Shown here one piece after another: positions 18,944 to 28,030 of a stretch of DNA of 64,000 nucleotides (its first letter is position 1; each line of letters begins with the position of its first letter). The stretch covers positions 22,888-86,887 of the forward strand of contig JACPGV010000011.1 in the NCBI GenBank assembly GCA_016182385.1. The letters are read 5' to 3'. This DNA is from Candidatus Moraniibacteriota bacterium. GTDB lineage: Bacteria > Patescibacteriota > Minisyncoccia > Moranbacterales > UBA1568. Made by a program: the position numbers and the translations under genes. The notes under the pieces were generated by a model that was given only the letters and a program-made list of their open reading frames with translations, was not told the DNA's origin and did no database searches.

Positions 18944-19540
18944 ATGCAATATCCCAAAGTTTTTCAATCGCTTATCGCGCATTTTTCTTCCTTGCCATCG
19001 GTCGGTCCCAAAATGGCCGAGCGTATTGTCCTGTATCTTTTCAAACAAGATCAAGAAAAATTAAATGGTTTTGCCGAAAGTCTCGAAGCGCTTCACAGTC
19101 TCAAAAGCTGTACTCGTTGTTTTCACATCGCCGAAAGTGATCTGTGTACCATGTGCTCCGATAATGGGCGAGCAGTCAAGGTTATTTGCCTTGTCGAAGA
19201 ACCGCTCGATGTCATCGCCATCGAACGAACAGGGAGTTACCGTGGTCTTTATCATGTCTTGGGTGGGTTGATCGAGAGTGGCAAAAGCGACAACAGCGGT
19301 AATCTGCGCATCAAAGAACTCCTTCGTCGCGTGGAAAATGATGACGTGGAAGAAGTCATTCTTGCTACCAATCCGACCACCGAAGGCGATCTTACAGCGC
19401 TCTACATCAAAAAGAAACTCGAACCCTACAAGATCAAAGTCACCAGACTGGCTCGCGGCATGGCAACCGGTGGCGATATTGAATACGCCGATGAATTGAC
19501 ACTTACTGCCTCATTGACAAACAGAAAAGATTTGGTATAA
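18944..19540 (+). CDS. recR: Recombination mediator RecR
   Basis: LPSVGPKMAER, C4 zinc finger, YHVLGG, ATNPTTEGD, IEYADE. Confidence 0.95.
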   Translation: MQYPKVFQSLIAHFSSLPSVGPKMAERIVLYLFKQDQEKLNGFAESLEALHSLKSCTRCFHIAESDLCTMCSDNGRAVKVICLVEEPLDVIAIERTGSYRGLYHVLGGLIESGKSDNSGNLRIKELLRRVENDDVEEVILATNPTTEGDLTALYIKKKLEPYKIKVTRLARGMATGGDIEYADELTLTASLTNRKDLV

Positions 19541-19541
19541 T
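19514..19541 (+). promoter_or_regulatory. Consensus sigma70 promoter embedded in the last codons of recR
   Basis: TTGACA(19514-19519)-16 nt ending in TGG-TATAAT(19536-19541). Confidence 0.7.
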
Positions 19542-19568
19542 AAAAAAATCTTTTTCAAGGAGGATAAG

Positions 19569-19739
19569 ATGGAAAAGAAGACTGTAGTTATTCCCGTCGT
19601 TCCTTTTATTCCGGGAATGGAGGGAAGATTTACCCCTTACGAGGCCCTTGAAGACAAGGACCTCCTCAGAAATCTTCTTGGCGAGGAGTCCCAAAGAAAT
19701 TCTTTGGGACCGGCCGGCGAAGGGGGATGTCGGGACTAA
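19569..19739 (+). CDS. Small orphan protein (56 aa), below the ORF-track cutoff
   Basis: MEKKTVVIPVVPFIPGMEGRFTPYEALEDKDLLRNLLGEESQRNSLGPAGEGGCRD*; AAGGAGG SD; promoter upstream and terminator downstream. Confidence 0.65.
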   Translation: MEKKTVVIPVVPFIPGMEGRFTPYEALEDKDLLRNLLGEESQRNSLGPAGEGGCRD

Positions 19740-19758
19740 TAGCTCCGACTCGTTTTTC

Positions 19759-19788
19759 AAAGCCCATTGGCAATGCCATGGGCTTTTT
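19759..19788 (+). terminator. Intrinsic terminator after the 56-aa ORF
   Basis: AAAGCCCAT...ATGGGCTTTTT. Confidence 0.75.
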
Positions 19789-19810
19789 CATTTTTTATCA
19801 ATATCTCTAC

Positions 19811-19840
19811 AAAAAATCCCCGATATTCTCGGGGATTATT
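19811..19840 (-). terminator. Intrinsic terminator after rplU
   Basis: AATCCCCGA-tattc-TCGGGGATT with a minus-strand T-tract. Confidence 0.75.
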
Positions 19841-19842
19841 TT

Positions 19843-20151
19843 TTATGCGGAAATCTTACTAATTTCAATCTCCGTATACGCTTGACGATGGCCGTAGCGG
19901 GTCAACTCGCGTTTTTTTGCCTTATGCTTCACGCCTTTTACCTTTGAAGATCGTCCTTGAGAAAGCACTTTCCCCTCTACGACGGCGTCAGAAACGATAG
20001 GAGTGCCAATTTTCACGGTTTTTTCATCGCCAACAAAAAGAGTTTCAAACTTTACCGTTGCGCCGACTTCCTCTTTAAGTTTTTCAATCTTAATCTTTTC
20101 TCCCTCGGAAACTTTATATTGTTTTCCGCCAGTCTTGATAATAGCCAACAT
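19843..20151 (-). CDS. rplU: 50S ribosomal protein L21
   Basis: MLAIIKTGGKQYKVSEG...GHRQAYTEIEI; ATG at 20151. Confidence 0.96.
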   Translation of the reverse strand: MLAIIKTGGKQYKVSEGEKIKIEKLKEEVGATVKFETLFVGDEKTVKIGTPIVSDAVVEGKVLSQGRSSKVKGVKHKAKKRELTRYGHRQAYTEIEISKISA

Positions 20152-20234
20152 ACGCCAAAATAAATCATTTGATAACTTCCCCACTGTACCGCATTTCTCT
20201 TTGACTGTCAAACAAAAATAGCAGAAATAGATTT

Positions 20235-22001
20235 TTACTCCAAAAAAGCCTTGATTCGCCGCACACCGGCAGACGAAGCTTCTTCCTTTGCAATTTTCAG
20301 CCGTCCAAAGGCACCAATTTCCGCCGTGTTTTTGACGTGCGGGCCACCACACAACTCACGTGAGAATATTGTTTTTCCCGGACCCTCTACCGTATAGACG
20401 GTTACCTTTTCCGGATATTTTTCCCAAAAACTTCCTTCGATACCGGATGCCTTCGCTGTTTTTTTTTCCATTACCTCAGTGACGACATCTGCTTGAGCAT
20501 CGATAGCCGTATTGACATACCTCTCAACACGATCAAGAATATCTCGGGAAACTTTTTCCGGATACGTAAAATCAAAACGTGTTCGTTCTTCGGTAATATT
20601 AGATCCCGCTTGATGCACCGCGCTCCCTAATTCTTTGCGTAGTCCCGCGAGCATCAAATGTGTTGCTGTATGAAAGGCAGTCACCTTCGGACTATGATCC
20701 GCAAGGCCGCCCTTAAACTTTCCCGCGCTTGCCGTTCGTGAAAGATCTTGATGTTTTTTGAATTCTTCGCGAAAGAGAGCCTCCTCAACAGTTTTGCCCC
20801 GCTCATGAGCAAGCTCTTGTGTCATTTCAAGCGGAAACCCATAGGTCGCAAACAAATCAAAGGCATCTTTTCCGGAAAGCGTCCCTTGCTCCAAACGACG
20901 CTCAAATTCTTTCAATCCTTTCGAAAGCGTCGCGCGAAACTTTTCTTCCTCTCGAGAAAGCTCGCTTTTAATTTTTTCCGCGTGTTCACGAACAGATTCA
21001 TAAATATCGATAAATTTCCCTATGAAAAGGTGTCCCACTTCGGCTATCACCGGTTTTTCATAATTCATCTTGTAAAACTCTCGGATGGCACGACGAATAA
21101 GACGGCGTAAAATATATCCCTGATCGACATTTTTTGGCACGACGCCATCAGCAATCATATGTACCGCGGCCCGCGTATGATCCGCGATAATCCGCGCCGA
21201 TCGTTCGTTGTATTTTTCTGTTCCCACCAAAACGCGAATGGTCTCCAAAACATCAGCAAACGCATCCGTCTCATAGACGCTTTTCATTCCACCAAGAGTC
21301 ACGGCCGTTCGCTCAAGTCCCATTCCTGTGTCGACGCACGGCGCTGGAAGCTTTTCGAGTGTTGTTTCATCAACACGATTATACTGCATAAAAACATTAT
21401 TCCAAATCTCCATCCATTGTTTGGGATGAGTTCCCTTGTTTCCTTGCGGAGCACCTTCACCAACCCAATAAAAAATTTCCGTATCCGGTCCGCAGGGACC
21501 AGTTGGTCCCGCTGCCCACCAATTATCTTCGGCAGGAAGATACGCGATACGTTCTTTGGGCATACCCAATGATTCCCACAGAGCCGCCGACTCATCGTCG
21601 CGAGGAGCGTTTTCATCTCCTGAAAAAACCGTCACGGAAATCATAGCCGGATCGAGACCAAGCCATCGCGCGTCAGTCAGAAATTCCCATGACCACGCAA
21701 TAGATTCTTGTTTGAAATAATCTCCAAGCGACCAATTTCCCAACATTTCAAAAAAAGTAAGGTGGGTATCATCACCGACATCATCAATATCCCCCGTACG
21801 AACACATTTCTGCACGTCAACAAGACGCTTCCCCATGGGATGCGGTTTTCCCAAGAGATACGGAACGAGCGGCTGCATACCAGCCGTATTAAAGAGTACT
21901 GACGGATCGTTTTCCGGTACCAACGGCGCCGAAGGAATAACGGCGTGATTTTTACTTTGAAAAAACTCCAAATATTTTTTTCGAATCTCACTCGTGCGCA
22001 T
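20235..22001 (-). CDS. alaS: Alanine--tRNA ligase (short, lacks the C-Ala domain)
   Basis: LFNTAGMQPL, TFFEMLGNWS, EIWNNVFMQY, DTGMGLER, editing motifs HTATH and ELCGGPH; ends at GVRRIKA. Confidence 0.96.
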   Translation of the reverse strand: MRTSEIRKKYLEFFQSKNHAVIPSAPLVPENDPSVLFNTAGMQPLVPYLLGKPHPMGKRLVDVQKCVRTGDIDDVGDDTHLTFFEMLGNWSLGDYFKQESIAWSWEFLTDARWLGLDPAMISVTVFSGDENAPRDDESAALWESLGMPKERIAYLPAEDNWWAAGPTGPCGPDTEIFYWVGEGAPQGNKGTHPKQWMEIWNNVFMQYNRVDETTLEKLPAPCVDTGMGLERTAVTLGGMKSVYETDAFADVLETIRVLVGTEKYNERSARIIADHTRAAVHMIADGVVPKNVDQGYILRRLIRRAIREFYKMNYEKPVIAEVGHLFIGKFIDIYESVREHAEKIKSELSREEEKFRATLSKGLKEFERRLEQGTLSGKDAFDLFATYGFPLEMTQELAHERGKTVEEALFREEFKKHQDLSRTASAGKFKGGLADHSPKVTAFHTATHLMLAGLRKELGSAVHQAGSNITEERTRFDFTYPEKVSRDILDRVERYVNTAIDAQADVVTEVMEKKTAKASGIEGSFWEKYPEKVTVYTVEGPGKTIFSRELCGGPHVKNTAEIGAFGRLKIAKEEASSAGVRRIKAFLE

Positions 22002-22057
22002 AAACAATATTGATCAATACGGTATCTTTTCTCCCGTACGGAATATTTTTAGAAATA

Positions 22058-22339
22058 TTATAAGCTGTTCATTTGCTTCTTCAATCGGGAGAGCTCCTCA
22101 TCAATAAGTTCTACTTCTCGCGCCATAGAACGCTCCTCCGCTTGTTTTTTTTCCACATCAGCACGCAAATGACCGATTTCCAAATTCATTTTTTTCACAT
22201 CACCTTCTACAAGAACACGTTTCCTCTCAAGACGACTTCTGTCTGATTGGAGAGAAAACATCTGCGCCTGCAAACGACGCATACTGGTTTGTCGTCCCGC
22301 AGACTGATCTTTATCTTCTTCGCTATGCATATTCGTCAT
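22058..22339 (-). CDS. Small coiled-coil hypothetical protein
   Basis: 93-aa charged heptad-rich ORF; TAGAAT 8 nt upstream of the ATG. Confidence 0.7.
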   Translation of the reverse strand: MTNMHSEEDKDQSAGRQTSMRRLQAQMFSLQSDRSRLERKRVLVEGDVKKMNLEIGHLRADVEKKQAEERSMAREVELIDEELSRLKKQMNSL

Positions 22340-22393
22340 ACTCTCTTATTCTAGGAAAAATTATAATACCAAAATAACGATTTTTATACAACT

Positions 22394-24328
22394 TTACTTT
22401 TCTTCTTCACCTTTTTCAACAATAAGCACGATACGTTTTTCGGCATCGGGAATACTTTGAACAAAGAGGTCCGGTCGAAAGATTACATTTATTTTCTTTA
22501 CGGATGGAAACTGAGACAAGACATTTTCTATATCACGAATACTTGCTCCCGCGAGTGCGCCTCGCAGGGCCTGCTCATCTATTTCCGATTCCAATGTGAG
22601 AAGCGCTCGGGCTCGTAGCCGTAATGTATTTTCTGAAAAATTAGGCACAGAATCACCATACGTAACCGCAGAAGAAACCACCTTGAAGGAAACGTTTTCG
22701 ATAGTTTTCTTCTGTTCCGTTTCTATTTTCTCTTGGAGAGCTTTCTCGGAAAAAACGAATGCTTTTACGCGAAACGTATTTCTGTATTCAAACGAGGAAG
22801 CTGCTGTTCCGATTTGTAAGGGCGAAACAAGCACAGTCGGAACAATTTCAATATGTTCATCAAGAATTTTTTCTCCCGGCAAAAGCTCGCCACGTATTTC
22901 TTCCAAAAAGGCGTTCCTCGCCGATTCTTTGGCATCACGTTCGGCGGTTTCAAGATCAACTTTAGCAATAACCGCCACGTCTGTTCCACCGCTGCCACCT
23001 CCAAGCATAGCCTTGGAAGATTTTGCTGAAAAAGCCTCATACTTCGGCCCTCCCTTGAATCCAGGAATAGTGAATGTCGAAGGAGTAATATTATATTCCT
23101 CTCCGGCTTGATCGGCAATAACTTCCGCCTCAATCATTCCAGCCTCTTTTTTTCCGTTGCTAGTAACCATGCCGGGAACAGTTACTCCCTTTACCAAACG
23201 ATAAATCTTCCCATCGCCGGTCTCCAAACGAGTTGTCGCCACGAGAGATTGCGGTTCGGCACTATAATTATTGGAAAGAATCACCGTACCAGAAGCTTTT
23301 TGATTATTTCCCCCGCTTTTTCCGGTCGTCGGAACAGTCAACGCGAGCTCTTTTTCTTTTTCAAAAACACGCGCCGGTATGACCTTTTCACCAGTTGTCA
23401 TATCAGTCCTTCCTTCAAACTCCATATCGACATTCTGCATAATACGATAGGGAGTAACGTGAATTTCCGCTTTGGGAAGAAAAAGATACACCAAAACGCC
23501 TATCGTCGAAAGAAGAGAAATACCTCCCAGAATAAAGAAAATATAATGAGCTTTCTTTCCGGCAAGAGAAGGAACTTGTTCTTCCGGCATCTTTGGTTGC
23601 TCTTTTTTCTTTTCCGGTGATGCCGGCTGATAGGTATTACTATAAAAATTTCTCAAACGTTCATCGCGGCTTATCGATGTCGAGGGAACACGTGTCGGCG
23701 ACGACTCCGTCAAAGCTTGAGCAGAAGGAAGTGGTTTTTCTACGACACGCGCTTGTCTCTTCACCTGGCTTCCCATCATATCGTCTACTCGTTGAGAGTT
23801 CAAACTGGTAAGTTTTTTTGGAGTAGCATCACGCACCCGCACTGTTTTTGGCGCTGTCATAGACAACGTCTCCACTCCTTTTTCTTCCGGTGCCTTTGTC
23901 ACTACTGTCTGAGTAGTCGTCGGACCATTATAAAAATCCGCACTTCCAATTCCCTCGGAACGCAATCCAATATTACCAGAGACCGTTTCTTCTTCACCGC
24001 TATCATGAGTGGAAGTTATTTCGGGTGATATATCCTTCGACGATAATTCGAGATGAGACGTTTTTTGAGCAAAATCTTCAGAATAATTTTCTGTTTCGAT
24101 ACCCGCCTTCTCAGCCAAAAGACGTCCGGCCTCATCTTGTGTCACCAGAATGATCTTTTTCCCCAACTTTTGAGCCTCGCGTTGTAGTAAACGTAAATTG
24201 ATAATACTTTGCAAAACCAAAGCACGCTTGGGAAAAACAAAAATATTTTCCTGCGATGATGATTTTCTCATCCGGCTAATAACCGAAATAATTTCCTCAT
24301 CGGCTTCAATATAAAAAGTTTGTTCCAT
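22394..24328 (-). CDS. Bitopic membrane protein: N-terminal alpha/beta domain, disordered linker, TM, and baseplate J/gp47-like C-terminal domain
   Basis: KASGTVILSN...ATTRLET...VTVPG...VIADQAGEEYNI...MLGGG pattern resembles baseplate-J-like barrels; TM near residues 262-284. Confidence 0.65.
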   Translation of the reverse strand: MEQTFYIEADEEIISVISRMRKSSSQENIFVFPKRALVLQSIINLRLLQREAQKLGKKIILVTQDEAGRLLAEKAGIETENYSEDFAQKTSHLELSSKDISPEITSTHDSGEEETVSGNIGLRSEGIGSADFYNGPTTTQTVVTKAPEEKGVETLSMTAPKTVRVRDATPKKLTSLNSQRVDDMMGSQVKRQARVVEKPLPSAQALTESSPTRVPSTSISRDERLRNFYSNTYQPASPEKKKEQPKMPEEQVPSLAGKKAHYIFFILGGISLLSTIGVLVYLFLPKAEIHVTPYRIMQNVDMEFEGRTDMTTGEKVIPARVFEKEKELALTVPTTGKSGGNNQKASGTVILSNNYSAEPQSLVATTRLETGDGKIYRLVKGVTVPGMVTSNGKKEAGMIEAEVIADQAGEEYNITPSTFTIPGFKGGPKYEAFSAKSSKAMLGGGSGGTDVAVIAKVDLETAERDAKESARNAFLEEIRGELLPGEKILDEHIEIVPTVLVSPLQIGTAASSFEYRNTFRVKAFVFSEKALQEKIETEQKKTIENVSFKVVSSAVTYGDSVPNFSENTLRLRARALLTLESEIDEQALRGALAGASIRDIENVLSQFPSVKKINVIFRPDLFVQSIPDAEKRIVLIVEKGEEEK

Positions 24329-24342
24329 AAACGTTCTTTTGG

Positions 24343-25611
24343 TTATTGTTTTTCTACCGTTTCCATACTGCGACGTAATATACTAGAAAGCATTTTTTCT
24401 TCCTCAAGAGAATCAAGAAGTGCCAAATGAGCTAGTCCGATAGGTGTAATATCCTGAGGATTGCCCAATTCTCCGGTAGTATCAATCATACGCGCCACAT
24501 CTTTCGGTTGAAGAAATCCCACCTGTGGTGCTTTGGCAAATGGAAGATTCTTCGTCCACTCTTTGGAAAGGAGTGCCTGCTTGATGCCCGGAAGCGCCGA
24601 TCCTCCACCACAAAGAAAAATTCGGGATGGCAAAAGATCAGTTTCTGCGAATTCAATAAGAGAAAGTTCTACGCCACCAAGCCAAATACGACAATCATCA
24701 GCGTATAAAGTAGCGATACGAGCATTGTCTTCATCGTGCAATCGACCATGGGCATAATCGATTTTCATTTGTTCAGCCACCTCAAAACTCAATCCAAACT
24801 CTTGCGCCAGACGTTTCGTAAAAGCGCGTCCACCAAGCGCAAACATTTTTGTTCCCTCAAGACCGCCATTACGCACGACGGCAATATCCGTTGTTCCTCC
24901 ACCGATATCGATAAAAATAGCACTGAAATCAAGCATGTCATCCACTTCGATAGAACGAGCAACCGCGTATGGTTCTGCCGCGATAGACAAGAGATCGAGA
25001 TCAAGCTCGTCAGCAATTTTTTGTAACGCCCCCAAATGAATCATCGGCGCATACGCGTTAAACACGCTCATGGAAACATCTCTCCCCTGAAAATTTACGG
25101 GATTCAGAACATGATACCCATCAATGCGAACATCAACAACAGCGGCATTGATCAATTTGACATCAATATCATCTTGTCCGGTCTCCCAGGCAAGTTGTCG
25201 TTTGATTCGCTGGTAAGCCTTCTCCTGAACTTTCTGAATAATCATCCGGAGTTCCGGAATAGCGATACGTATTTCCGAATTGACGCGCTCATAGTGTACC
25301 GTCGTCGTCGTTCCTTTCACCAACTCTCCCGCGATACCGATGATACTTTTTTGAACGCGCTTTACATGAGCTCTTTCTTTCGCCAATTGGATAGCTTCTC
25401 GTGCCGATTCTATAACTCCGCCGATGTCCGTTACGGCGCCGCTTTGCATATTCCCCGATTTCTGAGCGACACGCCCGACACCTATAATCATGCCTTTTTT
25501 CTGTTCATGATCAACACGAAACACCAGTGCCTTGACCACTTCCGTTCCGATATCCAAAGCGAGCATGAGATCGGTATCACGACCGAAACGCATCTTTGAA
25601 AAAAGTCCCAT
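24343..25611 (-). CDS. FtsA-like actin-family ATPase
   Basis: ALDIGTEVVK, AEPYA, FIDIGGGTTD, GGRAFT, LCGGGS actin/HSP70 motifs; no adjacent ftsZ. Confidence 0.8.
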   Translation of the reverse strand: MGLFSKMRFGRDTDLMLALDIGTEVVKALVFRVDHEQKKGMIIGVGRVAQKSGNMQSGAVTDIGGVIESAREAIQLAKERAHVKRVQKSIIGIAGELVKGTTTTVHYERVNSEIRIAIPELRMIIQKVQEKAYQRIKRQLAWETGQDDIDVKLINAAVVDVRIDGYHVLNPVNFQGRDVSMSVFNAYAPMIHLGALQKIADELDLDLLSIAAEPYAVARSIEVDDMLDFSAIFIDIGGGTTDIAVVRNGGLEGTKMFALGGRAFTKRLAQEFGLSFEVAEQMKIDYAHGRLHDEDNARIATLYADDCRIWLGGVELSLIEFAETDLLPSRIFLCGGGSALPGIKQALLSKEWTKNLPFAKAPQVGFLQPKDVARMIDTTGELGNPQDITPIGLAHLALLDSLEEEKMLSSILRRSMETVEKQ

Positions 25612-25661
25612 AAAAAATATTTTTGTTTCCTCTCTTTTTTAGTATACCACCCTCTCGTTTT

Positions 25662-26690
25662 TTAATTGAGTCTTTCCGGTGTAATCCGCGCGATAATCGT
25701 TTCCATTTTTTCCGTATGAAGCAACCCCTCAATGGCCCCGTACTCTCCCACGACACTTCCGCTATTTGCCATTCCATAACGAAGCGCTTCGTCCAGTGTT
25801 TTCCCTCGAAGGATTGCCGAAAAAAATCCTGAACCAAAAGCGTCTCCACAGCCGGTACTATCCACAACGCCATCAACGGTATAAATCGGACAATACCAGC
25901 ACTCTTTGCCATCATACGCCCAACTGCCGCGTTTCCCGTCAGTCATCCCCACCACTTTCGCTCCTACCCGTATCAAGGCCTGGACAAGAAAAATTTCATC
26001 ATCCAAACTTTCTTTGGGTACGCCCTCTTGCAAACGAGAAATAAGCTCGATAGCCTCATCCTTATTGAGTAATAAAATATCTGTTTTCGTTATAGCCTCC
26101 AAAACACGCTTGGGGTTGGTCTTTATATTATGTTGCCCGGGATTAAATGCCAAAGAAAATCCTCTCATCTCCTTTAAAGAAAGCAGTTTTCCCAAATTGT
26201 TTTCCCAATCACCGTTCAAAGCACTCACAAAAATCCATTGCGTTTGAGCAAAAGCGTCATCACGAATTTTCAATTTTTCATTGGCATCACGATTATGAAA
26301 AATCGTGCGTTCACCATTTTGTGTCATGACAACAATGGCAGACAGGTCAGTTTTTGCGCTTTCGTCACAAAAAAGAAGCTCTGTCCGCACTCTTTCATTT
26401 TTCAATACTTGTTTTGCCCATCGCCCAGTCTCATCATTACCAATATTACTATAACAAGCTCCCGTATGCCCCAAACGAGCAAGACCGACGGACACATTGG
26501 CGGCGACACCACCGACGGCCTCATAACGATTCTTACAAGCGATCTTTCCTCCCAATTCGAACGCCAATTTTTCTTTTGAAGTAATATCTTCCGGCGTACG
26601 CATAACGACTCCTTCTTCCGTTGGAAAAAAAATATCCTTCGATATCGAGCCGACGCAAATTACTTCGTATGATTTCTGGAAAAAAAACAT
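25662..26690 (-). CDS. PfkB-family carbohydrate kinase
   Basis: GGVAANVSVGLARLG, NKDEA, VDSTGCGDAFGSGF. Confidence 0.9.
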   Translation of the reverse strand: MFFFQKSYEVICVGSISKDIFFPTEEGVVMRTPEDITSKEKLAFELGGKIACKNRYEAVGGVAANVSVGLARLGHTGACYSNIGNDETGRWAKQVLKNERVRTELLFCDESAKTDLSAIVVMTQNGERTIFHNRDANEKLKIRDDAFAQTQWIFVSALNGDWENNLGKLLSLKEMRGFSLAFNPGQHNIKTNPKRVLEAITKTDILLLNKDEAIELISRLQEGVPKESLDDEIFLVQALIRVGAKVVGMTDGKRGSWAYDGKECWYCPIYTVDGVVDSTGCGDAFGSGFFSAILRGKTLDEALRYGMANSGSVVGEYGAIEGLLHTEKMETIIARITPERLN

Positions 26691-26699
26691 AAAAAAATA

Positions 26700-27977
26700 T
26701 CAAATAATTTCTCTTTCTATGGCAAGAAGCCTATTATATTTGGCAATGCGTTCACCACGAGAAAGCGAACCGGTCTTCATAAACTCCGCTCCCACACCAA
26801 AAGCCAGATCAGCAATAAAATCATCAATAGTCTCTCCTGAACGATGAGAAATGACTCTTCGCATGTCATTTTTTTCCGCCAAACGTACGCAACGGAGTGT
26901 TTCGGTCACGGTGCCAATCTGATTGGGTTTAATAAGTACGGCATTACAAGCACCTTCCCGTATGGCCCTCTCCAATCGCTTGACATTGGTAACCAACAAG
27001 TCATCACCAATAAAAAGAAGTGGGTTTTTCCATGCTGTCGATTCCTTGGAAAGTTTTTCGCGCATGAGTGCCCACCCTTGCCAATCTTCTTCATGGAGAC
27101 CATCCTCAATGGAAACAACACAATATTTCTGTATCCATTCACGATACACGTTGATGAGACTTTCTCGAGACAGCGACACTCCTTCCGGTTTGAGCCCATA
27201 CTGATCTTCCGACGCTTCATAAAAAGAATTTGCCGCGACATCAAGTCCGATACAAACTTCTTCACCCGCTCGATACCCCGCTTCCGTGATGGCACGAAGA
27301 ATCATCTGAAGCGCCTGAGCGTGATTTTCAAGATGCGGTGCAAATCCACCCTCATCACCCACGCCAATCGAAAATCCATCCTGTGAAAGAAGTTTCTTTA
27401 ATGAATGAAAAATTTCGCTTCCAGCACGAAGCTGTTCTTTGTATCCACCAATCCCATACGGTATAATTTTGAATTCCTGTACCGAAAGACCAGAGTCGCT
27501 ATGTTTCCCGCCATTCAAAATATTAAACATCGGCACAACGAATTTTTTATTCTTTTTTTTGCCATAGAGAGTTTCTATATGACGATAGAGCGGTCGACCG
27601 GAAGAAATCGCGGCCGCTCGACATACGGCAAGCGAGATACCCAAAAGAGCGTTGGCTCCAAGGCGTTCTTTATTTTCCGTCCCATCAAGAGCGATCATTT
27701 TTTCATCAAGTGCCTCCTGTTCAAAAGCATCCATTCCTTTAACGGCTTCGGCGAGCTCTCCATTTACATGGGCTATCGCATTCTCCACACCCAAACCCCC
27801 GAAACGATTTGGGTCACCATCACGAAGCTCTACCGCTTCAAAAGCACCTGTTGACGCTCCTGATGGTACGCCCGCAGTTGCTGCTGTACCATCTTCCAAT
27901 ACAACCGTCACTTCAATCGTCGGATTGCCACGAGAATCAAGAATCTCTCGTCCTTGTACCTCAGTAATTTTTGCCAT
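26700..27977 (-). CDS. eno: Enolase
   Basis: DSRGNPT, PSGASTG, GDEGGF, IKPNQIG, SHRSGET, KYNRLL. Confidence 0.97.
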   Translation of the reverse strand: MAKITEVQGREILDSRGNPTIEVTVVLEDGTAATAGVPSGASTGAFEAVELRDGDPNRFGGLGVENAIAHVNGELAEAVKGMDAFEQEALDEKMIALDGTENKERLGANALLGISLAVCRAAAISSGRPLYRHIETLYGKKKNKKFVVPMFNILNGGKHSDSGLSVQEFKIIPYGIGGYKEQLRAGSEIFHSLKKLLSQDGFSIGVGDEGGFAPHLENHAQALQMILRAITEAGYRAGEEVCIGLDVAANSFYEASEDQYGLKPEGVSLSRESLINVYREWIQKYCVVSIEDGLHEEDWQGWALMREKLSKESTAWKNPLLFIGDDLLVTNVKRLERAIREGACNAVLIKPNQIGTVTETLRCVRLAEKNDMRRVISHRSGETIDDFIADLAFGVGAEFMKTGSLSRGERIAKYNRLLAIEREII

Positions 27978-28030
27978 ATTCAGAAATAATTAGTATGTTT
28001 CAAAAACACTCTTCTCTCACTCCTAGTATA

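Noticed and set aside
22394-24328. Prophage or contractile injection system
   Set aside because: Only one baseplate-like domain, fused to a TM, among housekeeping genes; no sheath, tube, spike, capsid or terminase genes.
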